Source: Scyliorhinus canicula (Eukaryota). Taken from it: a DNA stretch of 64,000 nucleotides. The stretch lies in NCBI RefSeq assembly GCF_902713615.1, contig NC_052156.1, positions 72,941,631-73,005,630 on the forward strand, given 5' to 3'. A model generated the notes under the pieces. It saw only the letters and a program-made list of their open reading frames with translations, was not told the DNA's origin and searched no databases. The translations under genes were made by a program, and so were the position numbers. Positions 34,781 through 48,106 of this stretch are shown here, in pieces; position 1 is the first letter of the stretch; every line of letters starts with the position of its first letter.

Positions 34781-35694
34781 AATGGCATCAATCCTGTTCC
34801 ACTAGGAGGGAAAAATCAAAGCAGGGGAGGCTGCACTGCATGGGTGAATTCCAAAACACTGAATACTTACAGCACAGGAGGCAGCCATTTGGCCCATCGA
34901 GCACATGCTGGTTCTCTACAAGAGCAATTTAGCACAGCTGGAGGCCAGGCAGCAGAACGGCTGCACAGAGAATGCTGGATTTGGCTGACGACTCTAAGAA
35001 AAGGATGACTGTACACAGTGAGAAATGTCTGCTGCACACTGAAGCATTTATAATTTCACCACAGACTGTAACATTATCTGACACACACACAAATATTTCT
35101 CTTCACAGACAAAGGCTTCATTAGAAGATGTTTCACATCATGAGGCTGGGATCAGAGCCAGTCCCAGTGCCCGGAATGTAACTTCTCATTTACACAGCGG
35201 CCGGGGAAAATGACATCACTGAAATATAATGTCATCGTACAGCCTCCTGCACACTCGCCCTCTTTCTTCCCCCCCCCCCCCCCCCCCCCCCCTGCTTATT
35301 CACAGTAGACCTTCTTTCTCGCAGTCAACTCACCTCAAAGTACTTCGGGTAGGGCACAGACGCACCTACCAACCATTGTTCTTTGCAAAAGGTTGACTCT
35401 TGACCCCCAATTCCCCACCTTAGTGAGTAAATTTAAGGAGGAGTTAGACAGAGTTTTAATTGGTAATGGGCTGAAGGATTATAGAGAACGGGCAGAAGAG
35501 TGGAGTTAAAACCAGGATAAGATCAGCCATGGTCGAATGGCGGAGCAGACTCGATGGCCAAGTGGCCTAATTCTGCTCCTATATCTTATGAACCTCCTTC
35601 CCAGAAGGCTCTTGCACTGGAATTAAAAGATCCCAGTCTCTGATGTCCTGATGAATATTCGTCCCTCAGCCAATATCAATAAATATCAGTCAAA

Positions 35695-36070
35695 GGCACA
35701 GTGGTTAGCACTGCTGCCTCATTACAACGAGGACCCAGGTTTGATCCTGATAACGGGGTCACCAGACAATGGGTCACTATCCGTGTGGAGTTTGCACGTT
35801 CTCCCCGTGTCTACGTGGGTCTCACCCTCACAACCCAAAAGAAATGTGCAGCGTAGGTTAATTGGACATGCTAAATTGACCTTTAATTGGAAAAAAAAAG
35901 TGGGCATGCTATTTATTTTTAAAACATCAATAAACACCAGTCCAAAGATGTGTATGTTAGGTGGGGTTACAGGGATAGGGCGGGGGATTGGACCTAGGCG
36001 GGGTGCTCCGAGGGCCGGTACAGACTTTATAGGCCAAATGGCCTCCTTCTGCACTGTAGGGATTCTATGG
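35695..36070 (+). mobile_element. Two HE1-type SINE pieces inside a Deu-SINE
   Basis: Poly(A)-type copy at about 35695-35925, followed by a CR1-tail fragment at about 35938-36070. Confidence 0.65.
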
Positions 36071-36569
36071 AATAAAGCAAATTATCTGCTCTTTATCTCA
36101 TTGGTGTGTGTGGGACCTTGTTGTGTGCACACTATCTGTTGCATTCCCTACAGTTCAATAATGACCAGAAAGGGGTCATTGGCTGTAGAACACTTTGGGA
36201 GACCCTGAAGTCGCAAAAGGAGCATTATAAATTAGAGGACTTATTTTCCTTTCTGATTAACTGCCAAAATAGATTTGGATTTTTACTGGCTAATTGAACA
36301 GTGCTGAAAAAAATCTGCTCAAAATAGCACACATCAACATAAAGCATGCAAGACAGGAAGGAAGAATTGCAACAATCCAAATACACTGACACTGATCTGG
36401 CTTGTACACCACCATGACTGGCCATGTTGATCTCACTTGCTCATTGCTATTACCATCCCTGACCAGACTCCAACTTTGTCTAGGATACAGGACTGAAACC
36501 CCAATGTTTTAGTTTATTTGAAAGACTGTGGAAAGAATGATTTGCTCCAGGAGGGATTGTATAAAAAAC

Positions 36570-37154
36570 TGTGATTATATTTTTTAACAAACTTTTATTA
36601 TGAGTAAAACATTAAACTTTTTAACTTCCCACCCGAGAAGAACAGCTTACAATTACCCCTTAACCACTACTACTCAATTTCCTGTTAGACAACAGGAAAG
36701 AAAAATACAGCTCTCAGTCTACCTTACTGTGAGAGAATTGTGGACTCAGTGCCAGGCAGATCAGAATTTACCTTTTCACTTTCTCTCTCCCAAAACCGTC
36801 TCCAGAAACTACCTCTCTAAAGCTCTTCAAAATGTCTCTCTGCATTCATTGGCTCCACTCAGCAATGGCCTCTTCTCCCCAAGCTGAAAAACAAGTGACC
36901 TCTACAGGCTGCAAAGCACATTAACTCCCCAGGGACTCTCAGTCAATCCACAGTCCATTAGCTCAGACTGAAAAACATATTCCTTTGTCAAATTTCACCA
37001 TCTGGCTGCTAAAAGCACCCAGACCCTGCACAACAGAATTATTTTTTTTAAAAGCACGGCCACTGCAGTTAAACACACTCTAACCCTAGGCTTTTAACCC
37101 TTAAATTGACCAATATTTAGAATTGTATATTCCTAAAGTCTTCCAGTTGTCACA
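36570..37154. mobile_element. Possible solo LTR
   Basis: TGTGA...TCACA termini and an AATAAA on the minus strand. The TSD is imperfect (aaaac/aaggc). Confidence 0.4.
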
Positions 37155-37159
37155 AAGGC

Positions 37160-37466
37160 AGGTAGTGGCATAGTAGTATCCAGTGACCCAGGTAATGTTC
37201 TGGATACCTGGGTTTGAATCCTACTATAGCAGATGGCGAAATTTGAATCCAATAAAAATGTAACCATTGATGTAAAATCCCATCTGGTTCACTAATGTCC
37301 TTTAGGGAAGAAAATCTGCCATCCTTACCTGATCTGGCCTACAGACCCACAGCAATGTGGCTGATTCTTGAATGCCCTCTGAAGGGCTTTGCAAGCCACC
37401 CAGCTCAAGGGCAATTTGGGATGGGCAATAAATGCTGCCCAGCCAGCGATGCCCACATCCCTGAAT
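37160..37466 (+). mobile_element. tRNA-derived SINE, third family (tail gggcaataaatgctg...cccacatccc)
   Basis: Shares ccatctggttcactaatgtcctttaggga with 59950-60575 and with the minus-strand copy at about 46255-46470. Confidence 0.7.
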
Positions 37467-37769
37467 GCCACGCTGACTTGTCATATTCACGCTGAATGCC
37501 TCACGACACAATATTTCCATCCACTTGCACCTTGTGGTCACTCATTCCATTACTAAGCAAAGTGATTCTGGTGGAGTGATTCTGACCACACACACCTACC
37601 TGCTCATTATTATTCCACTTCATTCTGCCCAGTTTTACTCCTCCATCCAACAGGTTTGCATGATACATCTCCCACTCACCGAGCCTGCTGGGTTTTGGCT
37701 GTACATTTACCTCTGATGGCAATCCTGCAGCCTCTGTGCTTCCATGCGCTAATCCTCCCACAGGTTAAT

Positions 37770-39230
37770 TCTGAAACTAGGCTTTTAAATCTGAAGAAAT
37801 GAAACTATGAGGGTATGAAGGACGAGTTAGCACTGGTGGATTGGGTAAATAGCACTACAAAAAAATTGATGGTAGACAGGCAATGGCTAGTATTTAAACA
37901 AGTGTTACGTGGTCTACAGCAAATATACATTAATCACAAAAATTCAACAGGAAAGGCGAATCAACCTTAACTAACAAAGGAAGTTAAAGATTGCAGTGAA
38001 TCAAAGGAAGTGGCTTAAAAGGTTCCAGAAAAAAAAATGAGGATTGGGAGAATTTAAAATCCAGCCAAGGAAGATCAAGAAGCTGATAAAGAAAAGGAAA
38101 AGACAAACTAAACACTTCTATAGGTAGGTATGGGAAAAGGAAAAAAAGATTAGCAAGGACGCTTGGGTGCATTAATGGCGGAGATAGGACAATTTCTAAT
38201 GGAGAATAGAGAAATGGCAGAGAAATTGAACAGTTATTTTGTGTCTGTCTTGGATTAAGAATTATTTAACAAACAGAAAACAGAGTAGGAATAAACGGGT
38301 CATTCTCAGGAGGCCAGGCTGCTACTGGTGGGGTATCGCAAAGAACAGCGCTGGGGCCACAGCTGTTCACAATCTATATAAATGATTTGGATGTGGGAAT
38401 AAAATGTAATGTTTCCAAATTTGCTGATGACACAAAACTAGGTAGGAATGCAAGTTGTGAGAAGGATGAAAGGAGACTTCAAGGGGGGGGGGGGGGGGCT
38501 TGGACAGGCCAAGTGAACTAGGGCAAGAACATGTAAGATGGAATATAATAGAAGAAATTGAAGTTATCCACTTCAATAACAAAAAAAAGAAGAGTATTTC
38601 TTAAATGGTGAGAGATTGGGCAGTGTTGATGTCCAAAAAGACATGGTTGTCCTTGTTCATGAGTCACTATAAGCTAACATGAAGATGCAGCATGCAATCA
38701 GTAAGGCAAAAGCTCAAAATGTTGGGTCTTGATTACAATAGGATTCAAGTACAGGAGTAAATATATTGATCTACAATTGTATAGAGCCTTGGTGCGATCG
38801 CACCTGGAATATTGTATACAGTTTTTGTCTCCTTATCCGAGGAAGATTAGGGCGTGCAATGGAAGGTTCACCAGTCTAATCCCTGGGATGGCAGGACTGT
38901 TTTATGGAGGAGCCATTGAGGAAACTGGGCTTGTATTTTCCAGAGTTTTGAAGAATGAGAGGTGATCGCATTGAAGCTTTTACAGGGTGCGCCCCTGGCT
39001 GCCTAGAATCGGGGACACAGTCTCAGGATAAGACGCAGGCCACTATAGACAGAGACGATGAGAAATTTCTTCACTCAAGGAGGATGGTAAATCTTTGGAA
39101 TTTTCTATCCCAGAGGGCTGCGGAAGCCCAATCATTGAGCATGTTCAAGACGGAGATTGATAAATGTTTGCATATTAATGACATCCAGGTATATGGAGGA
39201 TAGTCTGGGCAAGTGGTTGAAGCAGCTCGT
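37770..39230 (+). mobile_element. Old, internally deleted CR1 LINE
   Basis: Remnants SKFADDTKLG, QLYRALVRSHLEYCIQF and RRMVNLWNFL...FKTEID. Confidence 0.8.
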
Positions 39231-39390
39231 TCATCAGTTGACCAGATGCCATGTTGCCGGAGACACAGCCTGCTACTCTCCAGATTTCAGTACTACTTCA
39301 AATCTATGGTAGCCCAAGGATTTGGCATTACAGTGTACGGAGTGGGTTTTTTTTTTTGGGGGGGGGGGGGGGGGCACTGCCAGACACCGG

Positions 39391-39519
39391 AGCCTGGATT
39401 TTCAGGCCTCACCATACTGGAATCCACCGTGTGTGAAGCTGCAGGCCAGCCAGAAAGTTCAATGACTTTCAGCGGAACTGGACGGTCCTGGCTGCAGGCA
39501 GGGCCAGAAAATCCCGGCC
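39391..39519. mobile_element. Short MITE, Harbinger-like TIR family
   Basis: GCCTGGATTTTC...GAAAATCCCGGC. Confidence 0.55.
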
Positions 39520-40754
39520 TGGGTTACTGCTAGTGGTTCACGCATGGACACTAAGCAACGGACACTGGGCTCCTGACAGCTAATCACAGAGACACTGAAT
39601 TACTGACAGCTGCCCACTGCCAGGGCACTGGAGTACTGCCAACTACCCACTGAGACACACTGGACTCCTGCCCCATCATTCACCGCCAGACACCGAGTTA
39701 GTGAATACCTTAATATAGGATTTTACATTGCAGCATAATTGATTTATTTTTCTATTTAAATCAGAATTAAATTTACCATGATTACAAGGGTAGAGTATCA
39801 AAACTTCAGATGGTTTATATTTGGAACAAGGAACTCCAGGTGGGCTGGAAATCGTGGGGTTCATGTTGTTGTTATAGAGAATGATAGATGCTCTCAAATC
39901 CAGTGATCTGCATAAAACTGATTAAACTTGTCTAATCCATCATTATCCCTGAAGGGTTTACACAGATTGAAGGGCACTAGGGCTATAGGCAGAGGCATAA
40001 GGGTTCTTGTATATGCTCCACCAAGATGCTTTTGGGTCACTTGGGGTGGAATCTTCCTGTGCAGACAGGTTTGGAGGTGGGCCCAGGAACAAAATGAGTA
40101 AATCTAATCTCATATCAGGACAGTTTTGCCAATGTGTTCCTGCTTTTGGGCCATGCTGGCATTGGCTACATGCCAGCAGCAGAGGGCATTGATTGTCATC
40201 AATTAAGTTAAGTTTTGGGGGCAATTTGTTGACACCACCGGGATATTTTCAATGGCAGATAGACCCCCTGCTGAGGCTAGTGCCCCCCCCCCCCCCCCCC
40301 CCCCCCCCACAATGATTCCCTGGCGACCATGGCCAAACTCACTGTTGGCAATGAAAGACGTCTTCAGACAGCGACACTGACCCAGATATCCCATGTACAG
40401 TGGCAGTACCCACCTCAGTTGCCAGCTGCCTGAAACCTCGAGCGTTCCCATTGGCCCTACGGTCTCCCAGAACTGGCCATTTGATTGTCCACCTCTGGGA
40501 AGATTGAGCAGCCAAAAGGAACTCAAGACTCACGTATAATCCGGACACCTGAGAATCTGATAGGAGAAGACCCTATCCACGAGTTGGTACACAATAAAAA
40601 CATGCTTCTATTTTGCAAGATTGCAACTGAAAGGCTCCCCACATCATTCATGGAAAAAAAATCCAATCTTATCCGACAAGTTATAACCAAACAGAAGGGT
40701 CGAGAATTTTGTAGCTGGCTACTGTCTTTCTTGTGGATTGTGTTTACAAAGAAA

Positions 40755-41140
40755 GAAAGTGCATTTAAATAGTGCCTTTCAGGGTCTCAGTAACGCCCAA
40801 GGTGTTTTACAGCAAATGAGGTACCTCTGAAGTGAAGATGCTCCTGTAAGGAATAAGGAATCACAGCAGCCAATTTGTGCACAGCAAGATCCCACAAAAA
40901 CAATGAGATGTATTTGCAGAGATCTGTTTTCTTTAGTTTGAGTGGTAAATATTGGTCAGGGCAACAGGAGAACCCCACTGCTCTTCTCCAAAATACTGTC
41001 ATTCAATCTTGTGCATTCACCTCAAGAGGGTGGGTATGGTCTCATTTTAAAGTTTCATTCGAAAGATGGTACCTCTGAAGGTATACCACCTGGAGTGGGC
41101 CCACAACCTTCTGATTCAGAAGGGAGTGTCACCACGTGCT
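40755..41140 (-). mobile_element. Deu-domain SINE (SacSINE1-like)
   Basis: cagccaatttgtgcacagcaagatcccacaaa core, and 3' end aaatgcactttctttc on the minus strand. Confidence 0.65.
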
Positions 41141-41651
41141 GACATTGAATTAAATGGAACAGTGTGCTCGTGACCCACATAATACTGGTGAGAGGGTGTG
41201 TCAAAATCAAAAATAAGCCCAGGGAGTGCAATTCACTCGTACACGATTGATTCAAATTGTTGCATGCTCTTTAAGAGTTAATTCACTGAAAACTCCACCC
41301 ATCTCCTCTCCCTGTTCTGCTGATCACCGAACAGCAGAAATGCCCAAAAGACAAAAGAGTCTTTATCATTACTGACACTCGCTTGTCCTTCCCTGCAGAG
41401 AATGCCGGGAAGAGGGAGAACAGCTTCTATTCCTGTGAAATCCAATGCAGTTATGCCAGGAAACTGGTGGAATTCCTGTTACAAACTCCTGCCTATGTTT
41501 TACAGAAGGAAGCTTCCAATCACTGACCTCGCCCATCCCCGTTAGCCAGGGGAAAAGGACCCCAAATTCAACTGACCCAGTTGGCAGATTTACTCCTTCA
41601 ACATATCAATGTAAACACTGCCCTCTCGTGGTGATGCTGGTTAACCACTGG

Positions 41652-41875
41652 AATTTTTTTTTTTTAAGTGTACCCAATTTTTTTTTCCCAATTAAGGAGC
41701 AATTTAGCATGGCCAACCTACCTAACCTGCACATCTTTAGGTTGTGGTGGTGAAACCCACGCAGAGATGAAGAGAATGTGCAAACTCCACATGGACAGTG
41801 ACCCAGGGCATGGATTCGAACCCGGATCCTCAGCGCCGCAGTCCCAGTGCTAACCACTACGCCACATGCTGCCCT
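41652..41875 (-). mobile_element. HE1-type SINE, poly(A)-tailed subtype
   Basis: TSD-like flanks aaccactggaa and aaccactgaaa. Confidence 0.85.
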
Positions 41876-42334
41876 AACCACTGAAAATTTAAAACATTTA
41901 CACAAAGGGACATCACTCATCGAATCCATTCACAGGATGTGGAAATTACTGGCAAAGCGGATTTTCATTTCTCACTCCTAGACTTCCCTTGAGCAAGTGC
42001 TGTGAGCCACTTTCTTGAATTGCTGAAGTCCACCCAGTGAAGTTACTTCCACCCAGTGGAGTTACTTCCTCAGTGCTGTTCGGTGGGGAGTTCCATGATT
42101 TTGACCCAGGGATGTCAGGATGCTGCGTGACGAGGGGAACCAGAAGCAAATAGGTCAAATAAGAACATGACCATTATTCAACATCCTATTTTCTCCAACC
42201 CAGTGTTGACTGAATAAAAACACATGGGTGGCACAGGTCAGGATGTGCAGGTAGCCTGCTCCAAACAACTTGTGCCTGTCGGGCAGTCTGAAACACAAGG
42301 AGGGAGCCTCAGAATCCAAAGAATGGAGTCACTC

Positions 42335-42337
<3 letters not shown>

Positions 42338-42376
<39 letters not shown>
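42338..42376. repeat. (AG)n microsatellite
   Basis: Directly visible. Confidence 0.95.
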
Positions 42377-42379
<3 letters not shown>

Positions 42380-44569
42380 CAGTATAACTGCTCGTAAATC
42401 ATTTTCAAAAATGTGGGTGTGGGCGAAAGGGGCAAATGATATGGGTGATCAAGGTTCTTGTTTGGCAAGACTGAACTTCTGCAATATCCTTTAGATCTCC
42501 AAAATCATTTGGGGACTTTTTGTTTTGATTCTTTCATGGGACTTGGGCATCAGGGGCTAGGCCAGCATTTTTGTTGTCTATCCCTAATTTCCTTGGAAAA
42601 GGAACTGCTTGAATCCAATGAAAATATGTTACCAATGAACCACTGCAGTCCATGTAAAGTGTAGGAATGCCTAAAATGCTGTTTGGGAGAATGTCCCAGG
42701 ATTTTGACCCATTGACAGTGAAGGGACAGCAATATATTTCTAAGTCAGGGTGGAGTGTGGCTGAGTGAGCAAATTTCAGGTGCTGATATTTCCATATATC
42801 TGCTGCCCTTGTCCTTCTAGACGGTAGAGGTTGTAGATTTGGAAGCTGCTGTCGTAGGAAGTGAATGTGAAAGTGATTTTGAGCCCACGTGACTAGTCCG
42901 TGGGATCGCTGACGTGGCCGGAAAATCCGGAGAGAATCAGGAAACACAATTCCCGATTTTCCACATACCTTGCTGGTGACATCACACAGTTCGCATCCAC
43001 AAAAGGTCAAGAACCTCACTTTAATGGATTTGAATGCATTTTATTATCCAGGCCTCCAACACATGGATCAGTCTCTCATTCAATATTTAAACTCACTGGC
43101 GTGATGTTATGTTGGCGAGGTTTATAAAGGGTTTTGAAAAACAAGTTCAGTCGAGAGGATTCTCCCCGGAGGCCCAAAGGCAAGTCTAGCCCTTGCGGGA
43201 GAGGGACATGCCTGGGCAGTGCCCCAGCATTGCCCCCGGCACAGGTTGGTATTGCCAGGTTGGCACAGTGCTAACCTGTGCCAGGGATAGGCCCTCTGGG
43301 CAACCCCATGGGAGGGGTGGTTCCTCTTGTGTGTTGGGGAGGGCTGATGCCTATGAGGGGGTTAATAGTGCCCCTGCGAATGAGGTGGTGGGAGGGCGTT
43401 CGGTCACCCCTATACCTACAAGGGGGGTTGGGGATGAGAGGGGGTTGTCCGATGCCTGCAAGGGAGGGTGGGGGGGGTCACCCAATGCCTGTGAATGAGG
43501 GTACCCCAATGTTGGCATTGTTTGGGGGGGGGGGGGAGAGAGAAGAGCCTATCGCTTTTGTTGTGGGAAAGAGCCCCCAATACTTGTGAGGGGGGGGGTC
43601 CAAACATTTACATGGGGGGGGGGCTGCTGGGAGCTAGGAGCATTGATTTTTCTTTTTACTTAGAGAGACTCAAGATCTGAAGTGAAAACTGGTCTGTGCA
43701 GCTTAAGAGCTGCCTGCCTGTTTTCAGACAGAACCGGACGCCTTGAACAAATATGGCAAGATTCCACTCACCAATAATACTTTTTGGACATTGTGAAAAG
43801 ATGCTATATAAATGCAAGTTTTTTTATCCTACCAGTTATTTTTCTGAATGAAAGCAAGAAATCAGCACTGCTTCACCACATTAACATGGTGTTCAGTGTG
43901 GTTTGGCATTTTCTTGAGTACTAACAAAGCGAAGAGCAGCAGAAACCCCCAGTGCTTTGTTTTCAATGGGATGGTGGGGCTTTATCAGAGAGAACCCATG
44001 CTCTAGAGGGCATGGGGTCTGTCTCGGCATTACTTTCTTGCAGCGATAGAAAAGCAGCCATATGGTCCTGTTTATGGCCCGTTTCACTGGTTACTGCAGC
44101 TTTGCTGACACAGCATACAGTACCACTTGATATCTCGCTCGCCTCACACTGAAACCAAAAGCAAGCCACCTCCTCACTGCTCTCTCAGGAACGACTGTGT
44201 CAGTGTTCCAGAAACACTCTGGCCACTTTTCTCAACCTCGCCTCACAGAGCAGGTCATGCGTGCTGGTACATCCTGCCACATGCTGAGAGGCAAATAAAC
44301 CACATCCCCATGCAGGTGCTGGCAGTCACAAGCCTAGACTCCTTCCATGGACTTCTCAGCTGGAGAACCCAATGTCCCTCTGATTCATCATTCCTGTGCA
44401 TCCCTCACTCCCATTGCCCCACTCCTGGCAGCCATGCTTCCCGCTGTCCAAGTCCAAAGCTCTGGAACTGCATGCGAGTCTGACATCGCCTCACCTGCAC
44501 TCCCGTCAAAGTTTGGCATGGTCCAGAGGGAAGGGTGATTGAATTGGAACAGGTGGAGTGGCAATGTAG

Positions 44570-45240
44570 CAGCGTTTGGAATTAGATACAATGAATGCAA
44601 TCCAATGTCCATGCTGCGCCGGAAAGGTAGCTCGCCGTTGCGCAGAATGGCCGATAAAAGCCAGGTGATCCCGCTCCCGGATCTACCTGGCTCACCACGC
44701 CTCGCGAGATTGCGTCGGATCTCGCAAGTCGTTGCATTGTAAATCCCGCCCATTATGGGCCGGATCACTTTTTGGCAAATCTGCAGTAGAGCGAGGCAGT
44801 TAGCCTCACTCTAATGTGCAGATTCCCGAGGCACCGGAGGCTTTGGGATTTATCCCCTTCGCCTCAGAGACCTTGGACGAGCATCGTTCAGCACTGGTCC
44901 CCATAAACAGGGACCAAATGGAATGGCAATAGTGGGGTCTCCCAGGGGATTGAAGCCCCCAGCTGCATGTCAGGGATCGTTTCGGGGGCTTTGGAGATCG
45001 GGATGCCAATTTTAATTGGCGTCCCGATTTCTCGCTATGCTGAGTTCAGGCGAGCGGAGCTCCCCACTGTACAAAACGAGGTTATGTGCGGCTTTGGCTA
45101 TGCGTTCCCTGTTCAGGCCCCTTATATAACGCGAGTTGTGTAGAATAGCCACGTGTTTCTCATCACTGAGCGCACCAGGAAACACGTAGCTAAACGCGCT
45201 GGCTATGGGACTCTGTTCCCATTTGGGAGAATCACGCCCC
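44570..45240. mobile_element. Harbinger-like non-autonomous element
   Basis: Right end GGGAGAATCACGCCCC matches the 21940 TIR; CpG-rich internal palindromes. Confidence 0.55.
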
Positions 45241-46899
45241 ATGTGTTGGAATCATCCCAGTGAGTCTTCAGGAAAATTAATGATGTGTCCACATTCACAG
45301 ATCGGCACTTCCAACAATTTATTTGGAGGGCTGGAAGGCCACAGGTCACTGCTTCCTAGGATTAACATGCATAAGCTAATTGTAATAAGTTGCAGATATT
45401 ATATTCAAATGGAAAATTAGACGGTATGAAAATAAAATCCCCCCCAATGTCGAGGAGAGCTGACAGCACAGTTGATGGGGGGAAATGATGGTGTGGGGTT
45501 GGGAGTTAACAAACAATGGGGTAGCCATTGGAGAGTTGATGGTTGTTGAGTAGTGACAATGGTAGAGTGGGTTGTGAAGATTTGAAAGTTGGCACAAAAG
45601 GTGGGCGCTCACATCTGAAGAAGGGTTTTCAGCCTTTTGCTTTGCCCCTTGCTTTGGGCTGCTCATCCTACAAGAACATTTTTATTAAATATCCCTTCAC
45701 CTCTGCAATTTTGGGTTTGTATAGAGCCTCAATTAAAAGGGATACAAGAAGTCTCCTGTCAGTCACAGGCTAAGATTCAACATAAAGTGGACTTCGAGAT
45801 GACATCAATACAGCCCTGCAACAAGTGACCCATTCTCTATTTGTGAACCTGTATTCAAATACCTCTAAATTCTCATCCTGGTTTTCAAATCTATGACCTT
45901 GTCTTTCCCTATCTCTATAACCTGCTCCAGCACTTCAAATGAGATGTCTGTGCTCCTCCAATTCTGCAATCTTGTGTATCCCTTATTTCCTTGACCAATC
46001 AATGGTGGTCATGCCCATAGCTGTCTAGAATTTAAGCTCTAGAGTTCACTCCCCGAATTTTGCCACCTTTCTCCTTAAAACTTACTTTGTTGACCAAGCT
46101 TTTGGTCATCTCTCCTATCTCCTTATGTGAAACAGTATGCATGTTAAAACACCTTGGGCCTTTTAACTATGTTGTTACAGATAATGAATGGTGGCCAGGT
46201 ATTGGATAATATGGAACTTTCTAGCCGAACCTCGTTCTCAGGTGTCTCTTTGTACATTCTTTTCAGGGTATATGGGCATCACCGGCAAGGGCAACGTTTC
46301 TTGCCTCTCCCTAATTACCCTAAAATTAAGTGGCTTGCTAGGCCATTTTAAAGAGTCAAGCGCAATGCTGTGGATCTGGAGTCATATGTAGTCCAGACCA
46401 AATAAGGATGGCTGATTTCCTTCCCTGAAGAACATTAGTGAACCAGATGTTTTTTTGCCATTAACAATAGTTTCACTCACACTCCAATACTGGATAGCAG
46501 AGGTTGCAGAAGCCTCGACTGATCTCCTTAATCCAGGGACTTTTTAAAGTGCATTTACCGTAATCCTGAGATCAATTCAGACAGCAGAGTACAATCACTA
46601 AAGTTGGGATCTGTCTAATTTGCATGGCTCAAAAAAACCCCATGTCATTCATTTTCCTAGGCCTCTCGAGAAGGACTGATCTCAACCACCTTACTGAAAA
46701 TCATTATTTCCTCTATTTACGACTCATACAATTTCTTTTAATGCAGCCCTTCAGAGACTGAAGTAAATAAAAGGAGGGGAGAATAGAAGGGATAATCAAA
46801 CGTTTTGTCAAAGATGTGAGTTCTCATGAGGATCCTAAAGGTGGGAGAGGGGGATAGGCCTTGGGGGGAATTCCAGAGTGTACAGCTATAGTAGCAGAG

Positions 46900-47190
46900 A
46901 GGAAACATTACATGGAGGTCCAGCCTGCCCTTTTGAGGGGGATGTAACATGGCCAGTGGCACTTTTGAAGAGCAGCAGGGGAGTCCTCCCCAGTGTCCCA
47001 GCCAACATGATTAATGCAGAATGTCTGGTCATTACCTCACCGCTATTTGTGGGATCTTGCTGTGCACAACTGGCTGCCACGTTTCCCACATTATAACAGT
47101 GATTAAACTTCAACAACATTTCATTGGCTTTAAAGCAATCTGCAATGCCCTAAGTTTGTGAAAAGCATTGTAAAAATGCATGTCTTTCTT
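46900..47190 (+). mobile_element. Deu-domain SINE (SacSINE1-like)
   Basis: gaagagcagcaggggagtcctccccagtgtcc...tttgtgggatcttgctgtgcacaactggctgcc. Confidence 0.65.
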
Positions 47191-47958
47191 GCATGGATAA
47201 CTGAGCTGTTCCTGAAGCTAGAAATTGTGGTGGGAGTTAAAAGACGTGGGCTAGAAAACTCCCAGTGAGCGCCACACCGATTAACCAATAACAAGACGAC
47301 GAATTCCACCGAAACACTCTGAACAAATAGCGCACACAAAAATTTCCCCAAGGAAATTGCAGCTGCAGAGTTTAGTAAAGAGGAAACAATTATCATACTT
47401 GAGTACTGCGTATTCTGTCTAAGTTTCCTTTAGGATGTTCACCTCTGAACTCAAACCATTCAGATTCCTTCTAGATACTTCCTCTAACAGCGTGAGCAGA
47501 CCCTGCAACCTTCCTTCCTAATAGAACACAGGCCTGCTTCCCGCACAGAAAGTGGCATGTGTACTATAATCACTTAAAGACACAGCTGTGGCCTACATAC
47601 AGAACGGTGAAGAGACAGTCGCATACACATGGGAAACACATATGGCCCAATGAGCATTCAACTGGAAAGACAATCGAGAGAAAGGGGAATAAATGAAAAT
47701 AACAGGAGATGGAGCGAAAGAGAAGGGGCTCTTTCTGCTAATAGCAAAGCAGCACTCCTCTTGTTGAATGTTACAGTTCTTGATATTAATACCACATTGC
47801 ACTGAAAAGGTCAGCATTCGAGTTCACTGTTACTCATGATGCAATGTAAGCCCATAATTTAAAAACGACAAACAGCCTTATAATGGCTGGCTCAGGTCCC
47901 TTTCTTGCACCATCATTTCTAAGCTGTTAGAAAGCTGGAGCAAGGCTGTGAAGGAGAG

Positions 47959-48106
47959 NNNNNNNNNNNNNNNNNNNNNNNNNNNNNNNNNNNNNNNNNN
48001 NNNNNNNNNNNNNNNNNNNNNNNNNNNNNNNNNNNNNNNNNNNNNNNNNNNNNNNNNNNNNNNNNNNNNNNNNNNNNNNNNNNNNNNNNNNNNNNNNNNN
48101 NNNNNN
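47959..48106. other. Assembly gap (148 N)
   Basis: Run of N. Confidence 1.

Noticed and set aside
35325-35375. Donor-like GAG|GTGAGT on the minus strand
   Set aside because: No convincing acceptor or recognisable peptide.
36225-36425. VYLDCC peptide resembling the RASSF1A C1 end (VCLDCC)
   Set aside because: No CxxxCHxxC context or fitting splice sites. The true exon is at 18623-18747.
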